A DNA stretch of 11,195 nt. It comes from Candidatus Bathyarchaeia archaeon. Its GTDB lineage: Archaea; Thermoproteota; Bathyarchaeia; Bathyarchaeales; Bathycorpusculaceae. The notes under the pieces were generated by a model. That model was given only the letters and a program-made list of their open reading frames with translations, was not told the DNA's origin and searched no databases. The DNA lies in assembly GCA_049515895.1 (NCBI GenBank), contig JBEKTQ010000039.1, forward strand, positions 1 to 11,195. The letters are read 5' to 3'. This document shows, piece after piece, positions 8,288 through 11,195 of the stretch. Made by a program: the position numbers and the translations under genes. How positions within the stretch are numbered: position 1 is the first letter of the stretch; each line of letters begins with the position of its first letter.

Positions 8288-8448
8288 AACTTTTTTCACC
8301 TCCATCATTCTTGTATTTTTCATCCTTCTTCTAAAAGCAGAATCTAGCAGATCTTAGCCCGCGCCCATATTGCAGCGAATTCATGGAAAAAGAGGATTCG
8401 ACACTGCGAAACCCGCCAAACGCTGCCATATCATGAGTAGTCTCGAGC

Positions 8449-8527
8449 GCTTATAAAGACACGCAAATAGACAAATAAAGAAGCATACGATACTTCGCAA
8501 ACTAATTTAGGATCAGCCATGCGCGCT
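8449..8527. repeat. Non-coding duplicated element, copy B
   Basis: agaagcatacgatacttcgcaaactaatttaggatcagccatgcgcgct versus copy A agaagcatcagatactttgcaaatttatttcggaacaactacgcgcgct. Confidence 0.85.
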
Positions 8528-8531
8528 GGGG

Positions 8532-8564
8532 AAGCTGGAAACTTGGAGATAAGTCTTAAATCTG
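8532..8564 (+). repeat. Direct repeat 1, containing the probable BRE/TATA of the nuclease gene
   Basis: aagctggaaact--tggagataagtcttaaatctg versus 9035-9069. CTTAAAT lies about 37-43 bp upstream of ATG 8598. Confidence 0.8.
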
Positions 8565-8597
8565 GTTAGGGCAGAGAATAGCCTATTGATGTAGCAA

Positions 8598-9014
8598 ATG
8601 TCTGAAAAAAGAAGATTATCAACTAAAGAAATTGAAGATAGAGCAATCAGATATGTTATGGGCTATCTGGAGAGTATGGGAGAAAAACCAGAAAGATGCA
8701 AACATGGCGCTGATCTTGTTTCTGATGGTAAGCATATTGATGTTAAGGGTTGTTTAAAAAGGGAAACTAACATACGAATGACAGAACAAATGTTGATATC
8801 TCTTAGAGAAGCTGGCAAATTGAAACAGGATTCTTTCTTTATCTATTATATTTATGATATGTCATCTGAACCCAAATTAATGATATTTGATTACAACACT
8901 TTTGAAAAAAACAAAAAACCAGAAACAAGATGGATAATTCAACCTAACAAAATAAAGACAGATGTAATTCAATTGAGAAAACTTAGGTTTGATTTAGTTT
9001 CCAATGTACATTAA
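8598..9014 (+). CDS. Stand-alone PD-(D/E)xK nuclease, DUF3883/NO VEIN C-terminal-like
   Basis: EIEDRAIRYVMGYLESMG...HGADLVSDGKHIDVKG...IRMTEQ...FFIYYI gives the E...GxD...(D/E)VKG catalytic arrangement. More AT-rich than the flanking paralogs. Confidence 0.75.
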   Translation: MSEKRRLSTKEIEDRAIRYVMGYLESMGEKPERCKHGADLVSDGKHIDVKGCLKRETNIRMTEQMLISLREAGKLKQDSFFIYYIYDMSSEPKLMIFDYNTFEKNKKPETRWIIQPNKIKTDVIQLRKLRFDLVSNVH

Positions 9015-9034
9015 GGCGCTGTAATGGTCTCGGT

Positions 9035-9069
9035 AAGCTGGAAACTCAAAGAGATAAGTCTTTAGTCTG
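9035..9069 (+). repeat. Direct repeat 2 (degenerate TATA)
   Basis: aagctggaaactcaaagagataagtctttagtctg shares exact 12-nt blocks aagctggaaact and gagataagtctt with repeat 1. Confidence 0.8.
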
Positions 9070-9227
9070 AAAAGCGTAGAAGCCCGCGCTGAACGGAAAG
9101 ACTGGAATCCAAGAATTCCAAGCCTTGGAGTAGACGTAGAAGGAAAAAAGAGGAATGAACGTGCTATCAACTCGTAATGAGGGGACAAGGAAGCACGCTA
9201 AAAATACGCTTAATTTGAGGGCATTTT

Positions 9228-9263
9228 GAGAGTTGGAGATTTAAGTTGGCATGGCAATTGCTA
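9228..9263. repeat. Conserved 3' flank of Ig-like paralog 2
   Basis: 31/36 identical to 7595-7630. Confidence 0.85.
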
Positions 9264-9938
9264 CTGTCTTAGAACATAGATGTAATTTGTCTTGCGCCCT
9301 ATTCTTTGCCATCCATCGTATAAATACGCGTGTACGGCGTAGCTTCCCGTTTCTTTGGGTGTAAACTCAGCTGTGTAACGTGCTTCCTCTCCGGGGGAAA
9401 GTCCCTTTATTTCTGTGGTGGCCTGCTTTTCAGATTTTCCTGAGGGGGGTTCTACCCAAAATTCCAGTTTCAATCCACCATTTTTTCTCAAGCCCTTGAC
9501 GGTTGCCTCGGCCGAGAGGGTCTTTCCAATTGTCGTATATGGGTGCGAAAGCACCAGTAAGCGTTCGAGTTCTGCTTTTTCATCCCTTACGTAGATGTGA
9601 GTCTCGCCGGATTCCCACCAGAAGTAGTTTATGTCTTCACGTGCCATGATGGTGGCGAACACATCAGCTGACCCAGATGCATTAATCCGGAAAACCAGTT
9701 CGACCTCTTCATCTGGCTTTAACTCCTTAAGGTATTGTCCAGACCCAAATCCAGTCCATGTTCCATAGACCATCAGGTAATATGGATCCAAGGAGTGCAA
9801 TTGTACGTCAACTCCCCTAAGAGTGTCCGTTGATGTGTTTTTCAGTTTCAATGTTAGCCAACTATTTCCTTTATCTATTGACGTCGGATTCAACTCGTAC
9901 TCGATGGGATACTTATATCTCGACGTTGTTGCCTTCAT
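9261..9938 (-). CDS. Tandem Ig-like beta-sandwich domain protein, paralog 2
   Basis: Co-linear with paralog 1, roughly two-thirds amino-acid identity by eye. GGTGA RBS at 9946-9950 favours ATG 9938 over the ORF track start at 10022. Confidence 0.85.
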   Translation of the reverse strand: MKATTSRYKYPIEYELNPTSIDKGNSWLTLKLKNTSTDTLRGVDVQLHSLDPYYLMVYGTWTGFGSGQYLKELKPDEEVELVFRINASGSADVFATIMAREDINYFWWESGETHIYVRDEKAELERLLVLSHPYTTIGKTLSAEATVKGLRKNGGLKLEFWVEPPSGKSEKQATTEIKGLSPGEEARYTAEFTPKETGSYAVHAYLYDGWQRIGRKTNYIYVLRQ

Positions 9939-9955
9939 TTTCAATTCACCATTAT

Positions 9956-9975
9956 CCACACAGTATACTATGTGG
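9956..9975. promoter_or_regulatory. Near-perfect 20-bp palindrome upstream of paralog 2
   Basis: ccacacagtatactatgtgg has one mismatched pair, which is a U-G wobble on the minus strand. Confidence 0.5.
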
Positions 9976-10127
9976 CGCGCGCTTTTAGGCGTTTTTTTAT
10001 TTTTTTTGAGGTTGTACAACATATTGTAGACTGTTTTGGGTTGATACCTAACGTTTTAATTGCTTTTGTCACTATAAATTCACAAATTTTAAAAAAGAAA
10101 CTGAACAAAATAGAATAAGTGACATAC

Positions 10128-10322
10128 ATGACCTTGTATCTCTATAGAGTCCACATTAACGAAACTTTTTTTGTGGATGTGAAAGCTCCTAATGTGGAAA
10201 CTGCATTTCTGCAAGCGTTTGCCCATTACCAAAAAGAGCATCCTTCCTCTAAGACAAGTACGCTTGAATCCTATGAAATTTCGATAGTAAACTTGACTCA
10301 ATATGACGCTCTCAGCCCATAG
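10128..10322 (+). CDS. Small hypothetical protein
   Basis: MTLYLYRVHINETFFVDVKAPNVETAFLQAF... with a beta-beta-alpha pattern. AAGTGA before the ATG and TATA-like TTTTAAAA at ~10087-10094. Confidence 0.65.
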   Translation: MTLYLYRVHINETFFVDVKAPNVETAFLQAFAHYQKEHPSSKTSTLESYEISIVNLTQYDALSP

Positions 10323-10397
10323 AGACTTACAAAAACGCGCGCTTTCATTTATGTGCAGAAAGAGCAGCAGTCACCAAGGCGCTTCGAAGCGCATGCA

Positions 10398-10526
10398 CTA
10401 AGCACTTGGTATTATTTCTCCTCTGAAGGCATGGTAGCGCCTGTCTGAGCAGAAGCCTTGAAAATCATTGTCTGGCATGAATAGTTTTCCACAACCTTTA
10501 CACTTTCGCTTAGCCCTCTTCTGCAT
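10398..10526 (-). CDS. Tiny treble-clef-type Zn-finger protein (42 aa) with last Cys replaced by Arg; not in the ORF track
   Basis: Hand translation MQKRAKRKCKGCGKLFMPDNDFQGFCSDRRYHAFRGEIIPSA* fits a CxxCGKxF...FCSxx(C) pattern. AGGGG upstream; TATA-like TTATAG on the minus strand at ~10561-10566. Confidence 0.65.
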   Translation of the reverse strand: MQKRAKRKCKGCGKLFMPDNDFQGFCSDRRYHAFRGEIIPSA

Positions 10527-10677
10527 TCATTTCTTCCCCTAACCAGAAAGCGCGCGCGCACTATAATGCGGGTTTGCACATGCGATTTTTACTCAGATTA
10601 GTAGTTTTTTTTTGGTATTGTGGATAGATTTAATTGTTGCGGTTTGTTCTTTTTTATGGCTTTTGAAGGTGTTTTGA

Positions 10678-11195
10678 TTGATTAAGAAAAATAGCAGAAC
10701 GAAAGTCGCGATTGTTGGTGCTGGCTTTGTGGGTACAACTTTTGCCTATTCACTGTTGATACGCAGTTTGGTTTCTGAGATTGTTTTGATTGATGCAGAT
10801 AAAGACAGGGCAGAAGGAGAGGCTATGGATTTAAGCCAAGGATTGCCTTTCTTGGAACCTGTTGATGTTCGAGCTGGTAACTACTCGGACTGTAAGGATT
10901 CAGACATTGTTGTTGTCACAGCTGGCGGCGCCAGAAAAAGCGGGCAGTCTCGTCTGGAATTGGCAAAAGAAAACTTTGCCCTCATGAGTGAGGTAATCTC
11001 GAAAATCACTCAGTACAACGAAAAATGTATCTTGTTGATGGTTACAAACCCGCTCGATGTTATGACATATTCCGCCTTGAAGCTTTCGGATTTCTCGAAA
11101 ACAAAGGTGATTGGGAGCGGAACAGTCTTGGATACAGCTAGACTTCGGTATTTGCTTGGAGAATACTTGGGAGTTGATTCGAGAAACGTCCATTC
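10678..11195 (+). CDS. ldh: L-lactate/malate dehydrogenase family protein (LDH-like scaffold), truncated at the window edge
   Basis: Hand translation from TTG 10678 (AAGGTG RBS): KVAIVGAGFVGTTFAYSL...EIVLID...AEGEAMDLSQGLPF...DIVVVTAGGARKSGQSRLEL...VTNPLDVMT...IGSGTVLDTARLRYLLGEYLGVDSRNVH. Substrate assignment is uncertain (see findings). Confidence 0.93.
   Translation, partial: MIKKNSRTKVAIVGAGFVGTTFAYSLLIRSLVSEIVLIDADKDRAEGEAMDLSQGLPFLEPVDVRAGNYSDCKDSDIVVVTAGGARKSGQSRLELAKENFALMSEVISKITQYNEKCILLMVTNPLDVMTYSALKLSDFSKTKVIGSGTVLDTARLRYLLGEYLGVDSRNVH

Larger units (their letters stand above)
8521..9199. mobile_element. Putative ~670 bp insertion (nuclease cassette) bounded by GCGCGCT / GCACGCT
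   Basis: The offset between duplicated units jumps from 968 bp (left flank) to 1633 bp (right flank). Near-direct 7-bp repeats at 8521-8527 and 9193-9199. No transposase or integrase inside. Confidence 0.55.

Noticed and set aside
7625-8357. Plus-strand ORFs 7625-7810, 7863-8357 and 8159-8347 (likewise 4514-4801, 5404-5919, 9823-10029)
   Set aside because: They are antisense to better-supported genes and have no motifs.
7628-9938. Diversity-generating retroelement template/variable repeat pair
   Set aside because: Differences are not restricted to adenines, both copies are full genes, and no reverse transcriptase is present.
5100-10560. Classical integron cassette array
   Set aside because: Genes are in mixed orientations, I could not find consistent RYYYAAC...GTTRRRY attC boxes, and there is no integrase in the window.
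10900-11193. Minus-strand 97-aa ORF
   Set aside because: It is the antisense shadow of the LDH/MDH gene.

Overview
This is an AT-rich accessory-type region with archaeal signals (TATA-like boxes, GGAGGTGA/GGTGA ribosome-binding sites, TTG/GTG starts). The gene set is most consistent with Bathyarchaeia or a related TACK archaeon (inference). In order it holds: a truncated flavodoxin-fold gene, a Lys-rich orphan, a TrmB-family regulator, a PRC-barrel protein, a DPM1-like GT2, a Gly-rich membrane protein, a YdjM-like membrane metal-dependent hydrolase, a coiled-coil hypothetical, four tiny Zn-finger-type ORFs (two missing from the ORF track), two paralogous double-Ig-like genes, and the 5' part of an LDH/MDH-family dehydrogenase. 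The main unexplained structure is a tandem duplication of an Ig-like gene plus its 3' flank. The second copy carries a ~670 bp insertion with a solitary PD-(D/E)xK nuclease, bounded by GCGCGCT/GCACGCT. GCGCGC tracts occur seven times, all intergenic and often at the edges of small accessory genes, which hints at a motif-targeted gene-cassette mechanism.
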